Source: a bacterium
GTDB taxonomy: Bacteria > Patescibacteriota > CPR2 > UBA1875 > JAJYID01
Direction of reading: 5' to 3'
Length of the DNA: 41,130 nt
Assembly (NCBI GenBank): GCA_021790235.1
Contig: JAJYID010000001.1
Span: 1 to 41,130, forward strand
The position numbers and the translations under genes were made by a program. Positions 1 through 10,058 of this stretch are shown here, piece after piece (within the stretch, counting starts at the first letter, position 1; each line of letters opens with the position of its first letter). Under the pieces are notes generated by a model that searched no databases, was not told the origin of the DNA, and saw only the letters and a program-made list of their open reading frames with translations.

Positions 1-117
1 ACATACAATACGTATCGGCCGCATGAATCTTTGGCCAACAAAACACCACTACAATATTTAAATAGTTTAGAAGGATTTGAAGGTTCAAATTTAGATTTCA
101 GTGTCCTAAATGTCTAG
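1..117 (+). mobile_element. 3' end of an IS481/IS3-type DDE transposase (integrase core C-terminus), truncated by the window edge
   Basis: Frame 1 translates to TYNTYRPHESLANKTPLQYLNSLEGFEGSNLDFSVLNV* (TAG 115-117). YNxxRPHxSLxxxTP is the typical end of the rve integrase core. Not in the ORF track. Confidence 0.8.
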
Positions 118-354
118 ACCCTGCACCTGAGATGCAGACGTTGAAGTACAAGGAAGTAAAAAGAGGCAAGACGACCAGTTTAGTCAGAAATAAAACGGGG
201 TTTGAAGACTATGCGGAGAGCTTATCTAGGTGCTGTTTTAGGTCAAGTAGAGGGGATTGCCCATTTGTAGTATTGTAATAGCGTAGTACTTAGTCTATCT
301 ATAAAATTTTTAAACTTTTATATAATCTAAAATAATGTGTGTTAAAATTAAGCT

Positions 355-1698
355 ATGTTTAGCAAATTTTTAGCTTTTGTAAAAGAAAATAAATTAATCG
401 AAAAAAATGACAGCGCCCTCATTGGAGTTTCCGGCGGAGCCGACTCTGTAGTTCTTTCTAATCTTTTATTTAGTTTAAAAGATAAGTTGAATCTGAAGCT
501 TGCAATCGCTCATGTAAACTATGGCCTTAGAAAAGAGTCAGACAGCGACCAGAGGTTTGTAGAGAATCTGGCGAAGAAATATGAGATCCCTATTTTTGTA
601 AAAAAAGTGAAGATCCGAGGCAGCAACTTAGAAGAACAAGCTCGAGAAATCCGATATAGTTTTTTCAGTGAAATATCAGAAAAAAGAGGTTTTAATAAGG
701 TTGCAGTTGCTCATCACCAAAATGATCAGGTCGAAACATTTCTCTTCAATATTGCGCGTGGGACAGGGCTCACCGGATTGACTGGAATAAAGCCAAAAAA
801 TAATCAAACCATACGGCCGATGCTTTTTGCTTCAAAAGTTGAGATTTTGAAATATGCAAAAGAAAAAGGGTTAAAGTATGTTGAGGATACAACAAATAAA
901 GATCTATCATTTAAACGGAACCTTATCCGCCACAAAGTGATACCAGCTTTAGAAGAAATTAACTCCTCGCTGATCAGAACTGTTTCCAGTGAAATCGAAA
1001 CGTTAAAAGAAGCAGAAGATATGCTCGAAGAAGAGGCTGAACAGTACTACAAAAAGATGGTCGTGGAAGAAAGGGATTCAGTAAGTTTCGTTGCCCAAGA
1101 CTTCATTAAACTATCCGCATACTTAAAAGCTATGATCCTGAGAAAGGTTTTTTCTCATCTTACTGAAAATACAAAAGATTTTTACAAAAAAAATACCCGG
1201 GAAATCCTTCAACTCATTGATAAAAAAGCCAGTGGCACAAAAAAAATTTCCCTTCCCGGGAAGTTGATTGCCGAAAGGATCTATGATAAGATTACTATCA
1301 GAAAAGATTCTAAAAAGCTTTTTAAAGAGCAAAAAATCATCAAGCTAGAGTCAGACAAAACTGTAAACTTCGGTTCATGGAAGCTTTTTTTCGGTAAGAA
1401 CAAAAAAGAAAAACTAAAAGAAAGCAAATATTTAGTACATTTAAACATTCAAAAAGAACTTAAGCTTTTGGTAAGATGTAGGAAACCGGGTGATAAGATT
1501 GCAATAGGCGAAAATCAATCAAAAAGTATCCAAGATCTTTTTGTAGATGTAAAAATTCCGAAAAATGAAAGAGACAGTTATCCGCTGATTGTAAACACTA
1601 AAAATGAGATTGTCTGGGTACCCGGCCTTAGATTAAATCCCTTATATAAAGGAGAGAACCAAGGGTATTTTATAAAAGCAAAGAAGGAGAGAAATTGA
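355..1698 (+). CDS. tilS: tRNA(Ile)-lysidine synthetase
   Basis: PP-loop SGGADS, EEQAREIRY, AHHQNDQVETFL, IRPML and RNLIRH motifs; C-terminal TilS domain; adjacent to ftsH. Confidence 0.97.
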   Translation: MFSKFLAFVKENKLIEKNDSALIGVSGGADSVVLSNLLFSLKDKLNLKLAIAHVNYGLRKESDSDQRFVENLAKKYEIPIFVKKVKIRGSNLEEQAREIRYSFFSEISEKRGFNKVAVAHHQNDQVETFLFNIARGTGLTGLTGIKPKNNQTIRPMLFASKVEILKYAKEKGLKYVEDTTNKDLSFKRNLIRHKVIPALEEINSSLIRTVSSEIETLKEAEDMLEEEAEQYYKKMVVEERDSVSFVAQDFIKLSAYLKAMILRKVFSHLTENTKDFYKKNTREILQLIDKKASGTKKISLPGKLIAERIYDKITIRKDSKKLFKEQKIIKLESDKTVNFGSWKLFFGKNKKEKLKESKYLVHLNIQKELKLLVRCRKPGDKIAIGENQSKSIQDLFVDVKIPKNERDSYPLIVNTKNEIVWVPGLRLNPLYKGENQGYFIKAKKERN

Positions 1699-3524
1699 AA
1701 AAGAACAATAGGAATATAGCGATATTTATCATAATTATACTGGTTATAGCCGCAGTTTACTCGTTTTTTATTCCAACAAAAACTACTGAACAGATCGATA
1801 TCAGCAAAGTTGCTCAGGAAGTGAAGAATAATCAAGTAAAAAAGATAGACCAGGAAGGTACGAAAATCACAATTACCCTAAACGACGGTAAACAGCAGGT
1901 TGCTCACTTAAATGATACAGAGCGCATTACCGACATGCTGAAATTTAATGGTGTAAATAACATTGACCCCAGTAAAATCCAAATATCTTCAAACCCATCA
2001 AGCTCCAATTCTTTCTGGATTATGCTTTTAGTACAGGTACTTTTACCGGTAGTTTTAATTGGCGGGATATTTTACTTTTTTATCCGCCAGAGTCAAGGTG
2101 CCTCAAACCAAGCGATGGGGTTCGGCAAATCAAAACCGCAAGTGTATGATAAAACCAAGCAGAAGGTAATCTTTGGAGATGTGGCCGGCCTTGAAGAAGC
2201 CAAAGATGAGCTGGAGGAAATTGTAGAGTTTCTAAAGTATCCTAAAAAGTTCTTAAATCTTGGAGCCAAGATACCTAAAGGTGTTCTGCTCTTCGGCAGT
2301 CCCGGAACCGGTAAAACCTTGCTGGCAAGAGCGGTAGCCGGTGAAGCTGATGTACCCTTCTTTTCGATATCGGGTTCTGAGTTTGTTGAGATGTTTGTGG
2401 GCGTCGGCGCAAGCAGGGTGCGCGATCTTTTTAACCGCGCCAAGAAAAATGCCCCTTGCATCATTTTTATCGATGAAATAGACGCGGTCGGCAGACAAAG
2501 AGGCTCAGGGCTTGGCGGTTCACACGATGAGCGCGAACAAACATTAAATCAAATACTGGTTGAGATGGACGGATTTGAAAAAGGCACAAATGTTATCGTT
2601 ATGGCTGCCACAAACAGGCCCGATGTCTTGGATCCAGCTTTACTTCGCCCCGGCCGTTTTGACCGCCGAATTGTTCTTGATATGCCGGATTTAAAAGCTC
2701 GGGAAGAAATCTTGAAAGTCCATGCCAAAGGCAAACCACTTGCCAAAGGAGCAGATCTTAGCATTATTGCCAAGCAAACCCCAGGTTTTTCAGGTGCTGA
2801 TCTAGAAAACCTAATGAACGAGGCGGCTATTTTAACTGCCAGACAAAATAGAAAAGAAATTACCTTGGCTGACATCACGGCCGCAACCGAGAAAGTCTTG
2901 CTCGGCCCGGAGAGAAAAAGCAGTGTCCTATCAAAAAAGGAAAGGGAAATCACGGCCTATCATGAAGCCGGTCATGCTATTGTCGGTCATCTTCTTCCCC
3001 ACACTGATTCCATCCACAAAATTTCCATAATTTCGCGCGGTATGGCCGGCGGCTATACATGGAGTCTGCCAAAGGAAGATGTGAAATTATATTCTCGTAG
3101 CAAAATGTATGATGAGATCGCCATGTCGCTTGGCGGACGTGCAGCAGAAGAACTTGAATTTAATGAGATGACCACCGGCGCATCCAATGACCTTGAAAAA
3201 GCCACCAAAATGGCACGGGACATGGTCGTTAGATACGGCATGAATGATCGCCTCGGCCCTCAAGTCTACGGCCACCGCGAAGAGCAAGTCTTTCTCGGCA
3301 AGGAATTGGCCGAGCATGACAAGAATTACTCCGAAGAAACAGCGGCCGCCATTGACAAAGAAACTAACAAGATTATCGTTGAATCTCACAATAAAGCTGC
3401 CAATATCTTGAAGAGAAATAAAGCCAAACTAGATCTAATAGCCAAAACCTTAATCGAAAAAGAAACCATCGAAGGTGAAGACTTCGAAAAATTAATGGGT
3501 AAAATAGACAAGATAAAAGACTAG
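1695..3524 (+). CDS. ftsH: ATP-dependent zinc metalloprotease FtsH
   Basis: Two N-terminal TM segments, Walker A GSPGTGKT, Walker [36 protein letters not shown] zinc motif; TTG start preceded by AAGGAG. Confidence 0.98.
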   Translation: MKKNNRNIAIFIIIILVIAAVYSFFIPTKTTEQIDISKVAQEVKNNQVKKIDQEGTKITITLNDGKQQVAHLNDTERITDMLKFNGVNNIDPSKIQISSNPSSSNSFWIMLLVQVLLPVVLIGGIFYFFIRQSQGASNQAMGFGKSKPQVYDKTKQKVIFGDVAGLEEAKDELEEIVEFLKYPKKFLNLGAKIPKGVLLFGSPGTGKTLLARAVAGEADVPFFSISGSEFVEMFVGVGASRVRDLFNRAKKNAPCIIFIDEIDAVGRQRGSGLGGSHDEREQTLNQILVEMDGFEKGTNVIVMAATNRPDVLDPALLRPGRFDRRIVLDMPDLKAREEILKVHAKGKPLAKGADLSIIAKQTPGFSGADLENLMNEAAILTARQNRKEITLADITAATEKVLLGPERKSSVLSKKEREITAYHEAGHAIVGHLLPHTDSIHKISIISRGMAGGYTWSLPKEDVKLYSRSKMYDEIAMSLGGRAAEELEFNEMTTGASNDLEKATKMARDMVVRYGMNDRLGPQVYGHREEQVFLGKELAEHDKNYSEETAAAIDKETNKIIVESHNKAANILKRNKAKLDLIAKTLIEKETIEGEDFEKLMGKIDKIKD

Positions 3525-5143
3525 TGAAAACCAAGGTTAAAAAATTCTTCTACTACATATGGGATAAAAAGATGACCGTTTCTTCGGCGGCCATCATCCT
3601 TGGCACCACTGCTCTCTTGTCAAATATACTTGGTTTATTCCGCGACAGATTAATAGCCGGACACTTCGGCGCCTCTAATCAGACCGACATTTTCTACGCT
3701 TCTTTTCGCATTCCCGACCTCATTTTTAATCTTTTGATTTTGGGCGCCTTGTCCAGCGTTTTTATTCCTATTTTCATTGAAAAGTTGACTAAGGAGAAAA
3801 AAGATGAGGCCAATCACCTGGCCAGTTCTTTCCTAAACTTCCTGCTCATCTGCACTCTTGTTTTTGGGGTTGTAATCTTCATCCTGGCCCCAAAACTTGT
3901 CCCGTTTCTGCTCCCCGGATTTTTTAATCGCAGTATTCACACTAACTACAATGTTTTTCAAACTACGGTCAACTTGGTTAGGCTTATGCTTTTGTCCCCG
4001 ATCTTCTTTGCCATATCGGGAATATTTAGCGGTATTTTAAATTCCCACAAAAGATTTGTAGCCTATTCACTTGCCCCCATTATTTATAACTTGTCCATAA
4101 TTTTTGCAATGGTCTTTCTTGTTGACAAGTTCAATCCACAAATATATGCTCCTGCCATCGGCGTTGTTTTAGGAGCCTTGCTGCAAGTCCTTATCCAGCT
4201 TCCCTCGACTCTTAGAACCGGCTGGAGATGGCGCCCGACAATTGACTTCAAGCAAGGCGAAATAGCCAGAATGATCAAGATGATGGCACCGCGCACTTTG
4301 GCAATAGGCGCCAGCCAGATCAATTTGGTAGTTGATACCATAGTCCTTTCCTATCTTGCCGGTGGGATAAGCGAATTTTATTATGCCAACAATATTCAAA
4401 CCGTCCCTACGGTTATCTTTGGCATTTCTATCGCTACAGCCATATTTCCAGCCCTTTCTGCTTCCTATACCAAAAAAGATATGGGCGAGTTTATGAACGG
4501 CTTTTCCTGGAGCGCAAGGAGAATTTTATTCTTTATGATCCCAGCCACTATTGGCATCATAGTTCTGCGCGCTCAGATAATTCGTTTAATCTTTGGCATT
4601 GGCAACTTTGACTGGTCTGCTACTTACTGGACTACCAAGACCCTTCTCTTTTTCTCTTTCGGCCTTATTGCCCAAGGGCTGATACCGCTGCTTTTAAAAG
4701 CATTTTACGCCATCCATGACACCAAAACCCCATTTTTCATCGCCATCGTGGTAATGGTGATTAATGCAGTTTTGTCAATCACTCTTCCCTTCATTCCCTC
4801 GCTTGGACTAGGCGTTGCCGGTGTGGCCTTGGCATTTTCCATCGCCGGCATCGTGAATGCTGTTTTGCTTGCTATCTGGCTGCATGACAAACTGGGCATT
4901 CTGGATCCGAATCACAGAATATTTGAGTCAACAACCCGCCTAATTATCGCCTCTGTTTTTATGGGTATTGTCATTCATTATTCCCTATACCTTTTTGACA
5001 TCGTCACAAACACCTCTAAGGTAGTAGGACTTTTTGCCCAGACATCAGGGGCAATTGTTCTAGGGACCATTACATACTTTGGTCTTGCTTGGCTCTTTCA
5101 GTGTGAAGAGATCAAATTTGTCCTCGAAAAAATCCGGCGATAA
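3524..5143 (+). CDS. murJ: Lipid II flippase MurJ (MviN)
   Basis: SNILGLFRDRLIA, ASFRIPD, GALSSVFIPIF and AFYAIHDTKTPF motifs; many TM helices. Confidence 0.95.
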   Translation: MKTKVKKFFYYIWDKKMTVSSAAIILGTTALLSNILGLFRDRLIAGHFGASNQTDIFYASFRIPDLIFNLLILGALSSVFIPIFIEKLTKEKKDEANHLASSFLNFLLICTLVFGVVIFILAPKLVPFLLPGFFNRSIHTNYNVFQTTVNLVRLMLLSPIFFAISGIFSGILNSHKRFVAYSLAPIIYNLSIIFAMVFLVDKFNPQIYAPAIGVVLGALLQVLIQLPSTLRTGWRWRPTIDFKQGEIARMIKMMAPRTLAIGASQINLVVDTIVLSYLAGGISEFYYANNIQTVPTVIFGISIATAIFPALSASYTKKDMGEFMNGFSWSARRILFFMIPATIGIIVLRAQIIRLIFGIGNFDWSATYWTTKTLLFFSFGLIAQGLIPLLLKAFYAIHDTKTPFFIAIVVMVINAVLSITLPFIPSLGLGVAGVALAFSIAGIVNAVLLAIWLHDKLGILDPNHRIFESTTRLIIASVFMGIVIHYSLYLFDIVTNTSKVVGLFAQTSGAIVLGTITYFGLAWLFQCEEIKFVLEKIRR

Positions 5144-5238
5144 ATTTCACAGCTTCTAAAACTTAAATAAATCAAAATTGGCAATCTGCTCTTGATCGAC
5201 CATCACTTTATATGAACCTCGAAAAAATACCCGTTTTT

Positions 5239-5247
5239 TGCTATAAT
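5239..5247 (+). promoter_or_regulatory. Extended -10 promoter (TGcTATAAT) for lepA
   Basis: tgctataat lies 8 nt upstream of the lepA ATG; no Shine-Dalgarno in between. Confidence 0.65.
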
Positions 5248-5255
5248 TTACATCT

Positions 5256-7034
5256 ATGGATCAGGAGAAAATCAGAAATTTTTGTATCATTGCCCATATC
5301 GATCATGGCAAATCCACCTTGGCTGATCGCTTTTTGGAAGTGACCGGTACTATCGAAAAACGCCAGATGAAGGAACAGCTGCTTGACACTATGGAGCTGG
5401 AGCGCGAACGCGGTATTACGATCAAGCTTCAGCCAGCTAGGATGAAGTATAAAGATCATGTTTTAAATCTTATTGATACGCCTGGACATGTCGATTTTTC
5501 CTACGAAGTTTCCCGCTCCCTTTCGGCGGTGGATGGTGCCATTTTAGTAGTCGATGCTTCCCAAGGTATTGAAGCCCAGACTTTAACCACCTTGACTATG
5601 GCAATAGACCAAGGTCTGGAAATCATTCCGGTTGTCAATAAAATCGATCTTCCTCATGCAGAACCCAAAAAAGTAGCCAAAGAGATCATAGATTTACTTG
5701 GCATAAAAGAAGAGGAAATAATTTTTGCTTCCGGCAAAACCGGTGAAGGAGTTGAGAAAATCTTAGACGCCGTAATTGAAAAAATCCCCTCTCCGAGAGG
5801 CAATCCGGCCAAAAATACAAAGGCACTCATATTTGATTCATTATTTGACAGCTATCGTGGAGTGATTATCTATGTGCGGATTTTCGACGGGCAAATCAAA
5901 AAGGGCGAAAAAATTAAGATGATGGCCACAGGCACTGAGGGCGAAGCTTTGGAAATCGGCTATTTGAAACCTGATTTCAGCGCTCAAAAAGAGCTAAGCT
6001 GCGGTGAGATAGGCTACATTGTCACCGGCCTGAAAAATGTAGCAGAAGCTCGCGTCGGCGATACCGTTACTCTTGCCCCTAATCCGACAAATGAACCCCT
6101 GCCCGGCTATAAAAAGATTACTCCTTTTGTCTTTACCGGCCTCTTTACCGTCTCCGGTGAGGATTATCAAACTCTCCGTGAGGCCTTAGCAAAACTGCAA
6201 CTGTCTGACTCATCTCTTGTTTATGAACCGGAAAACTCAGCTTCGCTTGGCTTTGGCTTTCGCTGCGGATTTTTGGGATTGCTTCACATGGAGATTGTCA
6301 AAGAAAGGCTTGAGCGGGAATTTAATCTGGACCTGATAGTGACGACACCAAGCGTGTCTTATGACATTACCAAGACAAGCGGAGAAGATATGCTGATTAA
6401 AAATCCGTCCGAAATACCGGATAGGTCCGAAATTGCCGAAATTCGTGAACCGTGGCTGAAGCTTGAGGTTGTCACCCCCAAAGAATATGTCGGTAAAATC
6501 ATGGAGCTAACCCAAAACAGGCGCGGATTTATGAAAAATCTAAGCTATCTGGAAGAAAGCACTGCCCTTATCACTTTTGAAGCGCCGCTTTCGTCTATCG
6601 TCACCGACTATTATGACGACCTAAAAAGCGTATCAAGTGGATATGCCTCCCTTGGCTATGAAATGATAGGTTTTAGAGCTTCGGAGCTTGTGAAAATGGA
6701 TATTTTAATCTCGGGAGAAACTATGGATACTCTTTCCGTAATCGTCCACAAAGACGAGGCCCATACTCAAGGCCAAAAAATGGTTAAAAAATTAAAGGAC
6801 TTGATCCCCAAACAAGCATTTAAAGTCACTCTCCAAGCTGCCATCGGTGGGAAAATAATTGCCCGCGAAGACATTACCCCATATCGAAAAGATGTAACCG
6901 CCAAACTATACGGCGGTGATGTCACCAGAAAGAGAAAGCTGCTTGAAAAACAGAAAAAAGGTAAGAAGAAAATGGCCCAAATCGGTAGAGTCTCTATTCC
7001 CGGTGATGTTTTTGTAAAGCTTTTAAAAAAATAA
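5256..7034 (+). CDS. lepA: Translation elongation factor 4 (LepA)
   Basis: IRNFCIIAHIDHGKSTLADR, DTPGHVDF, GFRCGFLGLLHMEI and RKDVTAKLYGGDVTRKRKLLEKQKKGK motifs. Confidence 0.98.
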   Translation: MDQEKIRNFCIIAHIDHGKSTLADRFLEVTGTIEKRQMKEQLLDTMELERERGITIKLQPARMKYKDHVLNLIDTPGHVDFSYEVSRSLSAVDGAILVVDASQGIEAQTLTTLTMAIDQGLEIIPVVNKIDLPHAEPKKVAKEIIDLLGIKEEEIIFASGKTGEGVEKILDAVIEKIPSPRGNPAKNTKALIFDSLFDSYRGVIIYVRIFDGQIKKGEKIKMMATGTEGEALEIGYLKPDFSAQKELSCGEIGYIVTGLKNVAEARVGDTVTLAPNPTNEPLPGYKKITPFVFTGLFTVSGEDYQTLREALAKLQLSDSSLVYEPENSASLGFGFRCGFLGLLHMEIVKERLEREFNLDLIVTTPSVSYDITKTSGEDMLIKNPSEIPDRSEIAEIREPWLKLEVVTPKEYVGKIMELTQNRRGFMKNLSYLEESTALITFEAPLSSIVTDYYDDLKSVSSGYASLGYEMIGFRASELVKMDILISGETMDTLSVIVHKDEAHTQGQKMVKKLKDLIPKQAFKVTLQAAIGGKIIAREDITPYRKDVTAKLYGGDVTRKRKLLEKQKKGKKKMAQIGRVSIPGDVFVKLLKK

Positions 7035-7046
7035 TAGAATTGGATT

Positions 7047-7562
7047 ATGGAAGAAGAATATGCATTCAAATATTGCCCGGTTTGCGGCACGAAGTCATTA
7101 ACCGACGGGAAAATAGACGGCCTAAAATGTACTTCATGCAATTTTGATTTCTTTTTGAATCCAAAGCCAGCATCAGTTGGTATCATCTTTAATACAAGGG
7201 GAGAAATTTTGTTGACCCAAAGAGACATAGAGCCCTTTAAGGGATATTGGGATTTTCCGAGCGGATTTATAAAAAAGGGAGAAACTGCAGAAGAAGCGCT
7301 AAGAAGGGAGCTAAAGGAAGAGTTGGATGTCGAACCGTTGATTCGAGAGTCTTTTTGCTCGGCCTCCGATGATTACCTATACAAAGGCTTGTTATATACC
7401 GCGTTAGATTTTGCTTTTATATGCACATTTAAAGGAGAGCTAAGATCTCAAGCTGAAATATCTGATTTTAGTTTCTTTTCAAAAGACAACCTTCCCGAGA
7501 AGATATCACCCCATCACATGCAATTCATAGAAAAACTTCTTGAGTCTAAAAGGCTGGCTTAG
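7047..7562 (+). CDS. Nudix hydrolase with N-terminal zinc ribbon
   Basis: FKYCPVCG...CTSC zinc ribbon; Nudix box GFIKKGETAEEALRRELKEEL. Confidence 0.9.
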   Translation: MEEEYAFKYCPVCGTKSLTDGKIDGLKCTSCNFDFFLNPKPASVGIIFNTRGEILLTQRDIEPFKGYWDFPSGFIKKGETAEEALRRELKEELDVEPLIRESFCSASDDYLYKGLLYTALDFAFICTFKGELRSQAEISDFSFFSKDNLPEKISPHHMQFIEKLLESKRLA

Positions 7563-7571
7563 ATATTCAAA

Positions 7572-7600
7572 TTGAACTCTTTCTCAAAATAAGCCATAAT
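7572..7600 (+). promoter_or_regulatory. Sigma70-type promoter for the ZIP transporter gene
   Basis: TTGAAC-17 nt-CATAAT, then 7 nt to ATG 7608. Confidence 0.6.
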
Positions 7601-7607
7601 CTTTATT

Positions 7608-8333
7608 ATGGCAGTTTTGTTTACTATCTTCACTTTCTTCTCAACCCTCTTAGGCGGGCTGGCCAGTATCAAGTATAAAGATAAAATTCACTTGATTCTC
7701 GGCTTCACCGCCGGAGTAATTCTTGGGCTCGTTGCTTTCGACATTTTGCCTGAGATTTTTAGCCTAACTATGAAGACATCGATCAATCCCAAAATACCGA
7801 TGATTGCCCTTGTCATCGGCTTTCTGATCTTCCATATTCTCGAGAAAACCCTCCTGATCCATCACGCACAAGAAGAAAACTATCCTACACATCACCACCC
7901 ATCAGTTGGTATTATGTCTTCGCTTGCGTTAATCGGTCATTCTTTTTTTGACGGCATTGGGATTGGGCTCGGCTTTCAGGTTTCGCCTGCGATCGGCATC
8001 TTGGTGGCTATCGCCGTTATCGGACATGACTTTGCCGACGGTTTAAATACCGGTTCTTTAATGATCATAAACAAAAATAGCACAAAAAGAACCGTCAACT
8101 TCATCTTTGCAGATGCATTTGCACCGATTGTAGGAGCTGCTTCAACTCTTCTCTTTCACCTCCCAGATAGATATCTGGTCATATATCTCGGTTTTTTTAC
8201 CGGCTTCCTGCTCTATATCGGTCTTGAAGACATTTTGCCAGAGGCCCATTCGAAAGCTTTTTCCTTGAAAACAGTGTACATGACCATTTTTGGATCCATT
8301 TTTATATATCTCATTACTCTCTTTACTCCATAG
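7608..8333 (+). CDS. ZIP family divalent metal transporter
   Basis: GFTAGVILG, His-rich loop, HSFFDG, HDFADG and DILPEAH motifs. Confidence 0.92.
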   Translation: MAVLFTIFTFFSTLLGGLASIKYKDKIHLILGFTAGVILGLVAFDILPEIFSLTMKTSINPKIPMIALVIGFLIFHILEKTLLIHHAQEENYPTHHHPSVGIMSSLALIGHSFFDGIGIGLGFQVSPAIGILVAIAVIGHDFADGLNTGSLMIINKNSTKRTVNFIFADAFAPIVGAASTLLFHLPDRYLVIYLGFFTGFLLYIGLEDILPEAHSKAFSLKTVYMTIFGSIFIYLITLFTP

Positions 8334-8396
8334 AATTATTTTGATAATTTTAGAGACTATGCTAAAATTACTTTAGATAAATCAAGGAGAAACTTA

Positions 8397-8762
8397 ATGT
8401 CAAAAGTACTGATTATCGGGCCAGATCAAACCACTATCAAGTTATACCAAGCTGCAATCACTTTTCAGGGGTTGGAGACAATCACAACCTCTAGTGTAGG
8501 AAGTGCTTTGGGGATGATTCAACAGAAACCTAATTTAATTCTATTAGACATTACTACACCGGATATTAAAGATATTAACCTAATCAAGGAAATCCAAGAA
8601 AAAGACAATGTTCCTTTAATAATTGTTGCGGATATCAAAAAACATCACGCTTTAAGCGAACATTCCATAGAGGGCGTGTGCGAATATCTTTCGAAGTCTA
8701 ATACCTCGGTTGGTGAAATTATAAAAAAGGTTAGGAAAGTTATCGATCAGGGTAAATGTTGA
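8397..8762 (+). CDS. Stand-alone receiver (response regulator) domain protein, atypical
   Basis: KVLII...PNLILLD...PLIIV...YLSK pattern; RBS AAGGAG and upstream TGcTAAAAT. Confidence 0.75.
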   Translation: MSKVLIIGPDQTTIKLYQAAITFQGLETITTSSVGSALGMIQQKPNLILLDITTPDIKDINLIKEIQEKDNVPLIIVADIKKHHALSEHSIEGVCEYLSKSNTSVGEIIKKVRKVIDQGKC

Positions 8763-8777
8763 AAAGGTTTTATGGAA

Positions 8778-9266
8778 CTATGAAACAGCCTTAGGGCTGT
8801 TTTTTGTTATAAGCCAGGAGTTGCCTCGGCTGCCATAGTGAGTTTTAACCAGAGAGTATCTGCCCTGCAATTTTGTGCCGTTTAGAATAAACTCAACTAC
8901 TTTAGCGTCTCTTTTGAAAAGTTCAAATGTGCCCTGATCCCATATTTTGACCGTTCCGGCTCCATAGTTGCCCTCCGGAATCACCCCTGCAAAATCAATG
9001 TAACTAACCGGATGATCCTCAACTTCAAGCGCCAGTTTCTTGGTACCAATTTTTTCCGGCATTCCTTTGGGGACAGCCCAGCTTTTTAATACAATTTCTT
9101 TTGAGTTCGGTTCTGCCGGCATTTCCAACCTGAAATCATAATGCAGACGAGAGGCATTGTGTTCCTGAACAACAAAACGATTCTCACCCTTTTGCTCGAC
9201 ATTTGCTTCCGGCTCGGGTGTGGCACTGAAATTTCTCTTTTTTTCGTACTTTTCTAAAATCATCAT
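8778..9266 (-). CDS. Stand-alone DNA 3'-phosphoesterase (LigD PE domain)
   Basis: YEKKRNFSATPEP, FVVQEHNASRLHYDFRLE, SWAVPKG, VEDHP and YGAGTVKIWDQG motifs. Confidence 0.93.
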   Translation of the reverse strand: MMILEKYEKKRNFSATPEPEANVEQKGENRFVVQEHNASRLHYDFRLEMPAEPNSKEIVLKSWAVPKGMPEKIGTKKLALEVEDHPVSYIDFAGVIPEGNYGAGTVKIWDQGTFELFKRDAKVVEFILNGTKLQGRYSLVKTHYGSRGNSWLITKNSPKAVS

Positions 9267-9378
9267 CTTAAATCTTTAATTCTCAATTCTAATCAGTTAC
9301 TAATTTAAAAAATCTAAATTTTAATCATTTGGCATTTAATTTATTAGAAATTGGATATTGCTGAAAAGTTATTTAAAA

Positions 9379-9972
9379 TCAAGGGCATTTTTTGATATTT
9401 TTCAATTCTTCTAAGATATATTGCCAATTCAGGTTATCAAACCATGCATCAATATAGTTTTTTCTTTTCGTCCCAAAGTCTATAAAATATGCGTGTTCAT
9501 AAACATCTAGGGCCAAAATCGGCTTTGCATTCCAAACTCCTCCGTGCGAATGCCAGTCACCAAGTCCATTATAAAGCCTTTTTTCGTCAAAATCATAGTA
9601 GAGAACTGCCCAGCCGCGTGATGCCATGCCTAAACCATAAAATCTCTCCTGCCAATTTTCAAAACTACCAAAATTTTTGGCTAATATCTTTCTCATTTCA
9701 TCAGGCACTGCGCCATCACCGCCAAGACCCAGGAAATAGATTTCGTGCAGCTTTACCCCATTTAGAGCAAAGCTTTCCTCAAGCTTCAGTTCTCGAAAAT
9801 AATCGTATGTGGCATTGGGCAACGCCTCAAACCCATCTTCCGCCTTGTTGCGAATTGCATTTACCTTACTCACATATCCTTTATAGAGCACTTCAAAATG
9901 CTCGGCAATTTGCTCATGAGAAATCCCTTTTAGTTTTTTATAAGGCAGCTCGATGGCTTCAAACCTTCCCAT
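9379..9972 (-). CDS. Fe/Mn superoxide dismutase
   Basis: Metal ligands in EHF..LY.GYV, NGVKLHEIYF and LDVYEHAY. Start moved from 10092 to ATG 9972, which has a GGAGGA RBS. Confidence 0.92.
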   Translation of the reverse strand: MGRFEAIELPYKKLKGISHEQIAEHFEVLYKGYVSKVNAIRNKAEDGFEALPNATYDYFRELKLEESFALNGVKLHEIYFLGLGGDGAVPDEMRKILAKNFGSFENWQERFYGLGMASRGWAVLYYDFDEKRLYNGLGDWHSHGGVWNAKPILALDVYEHAYFIDFGTKRKNYIDAWFDNLNWQYILEELKNIKKCP

Positions 9973-10058
9973 TTTATCCTCCTTTGTTTCAATTTTAATC
10001 TTAAAGAAATTGTAATCATTATTAATGTTTACAATTGCATGGATCTCACACCCTCTTC

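Noticed and set aside
132-278. 48-aa ORF MQTLKYKEVKRGK... between the IS end and tilS
   Set aside because: No RBS or recognisable motif; it could be a fragment of an interrupted gene but this cannot be supported.
9267-9378. AT-rich imperfect inverted repeat between sod and the LigD PE gene
   Set aside because: Low complexity and weak pairing; no specific function can be supported.
9489-9998. 169-aa ORF antisense to sod, and the many other 60-150 aa antisense or nested ORFs in the track
   Set aside because: They overlap well-supported genes and have no motifs or RBS; shadow ORFs.
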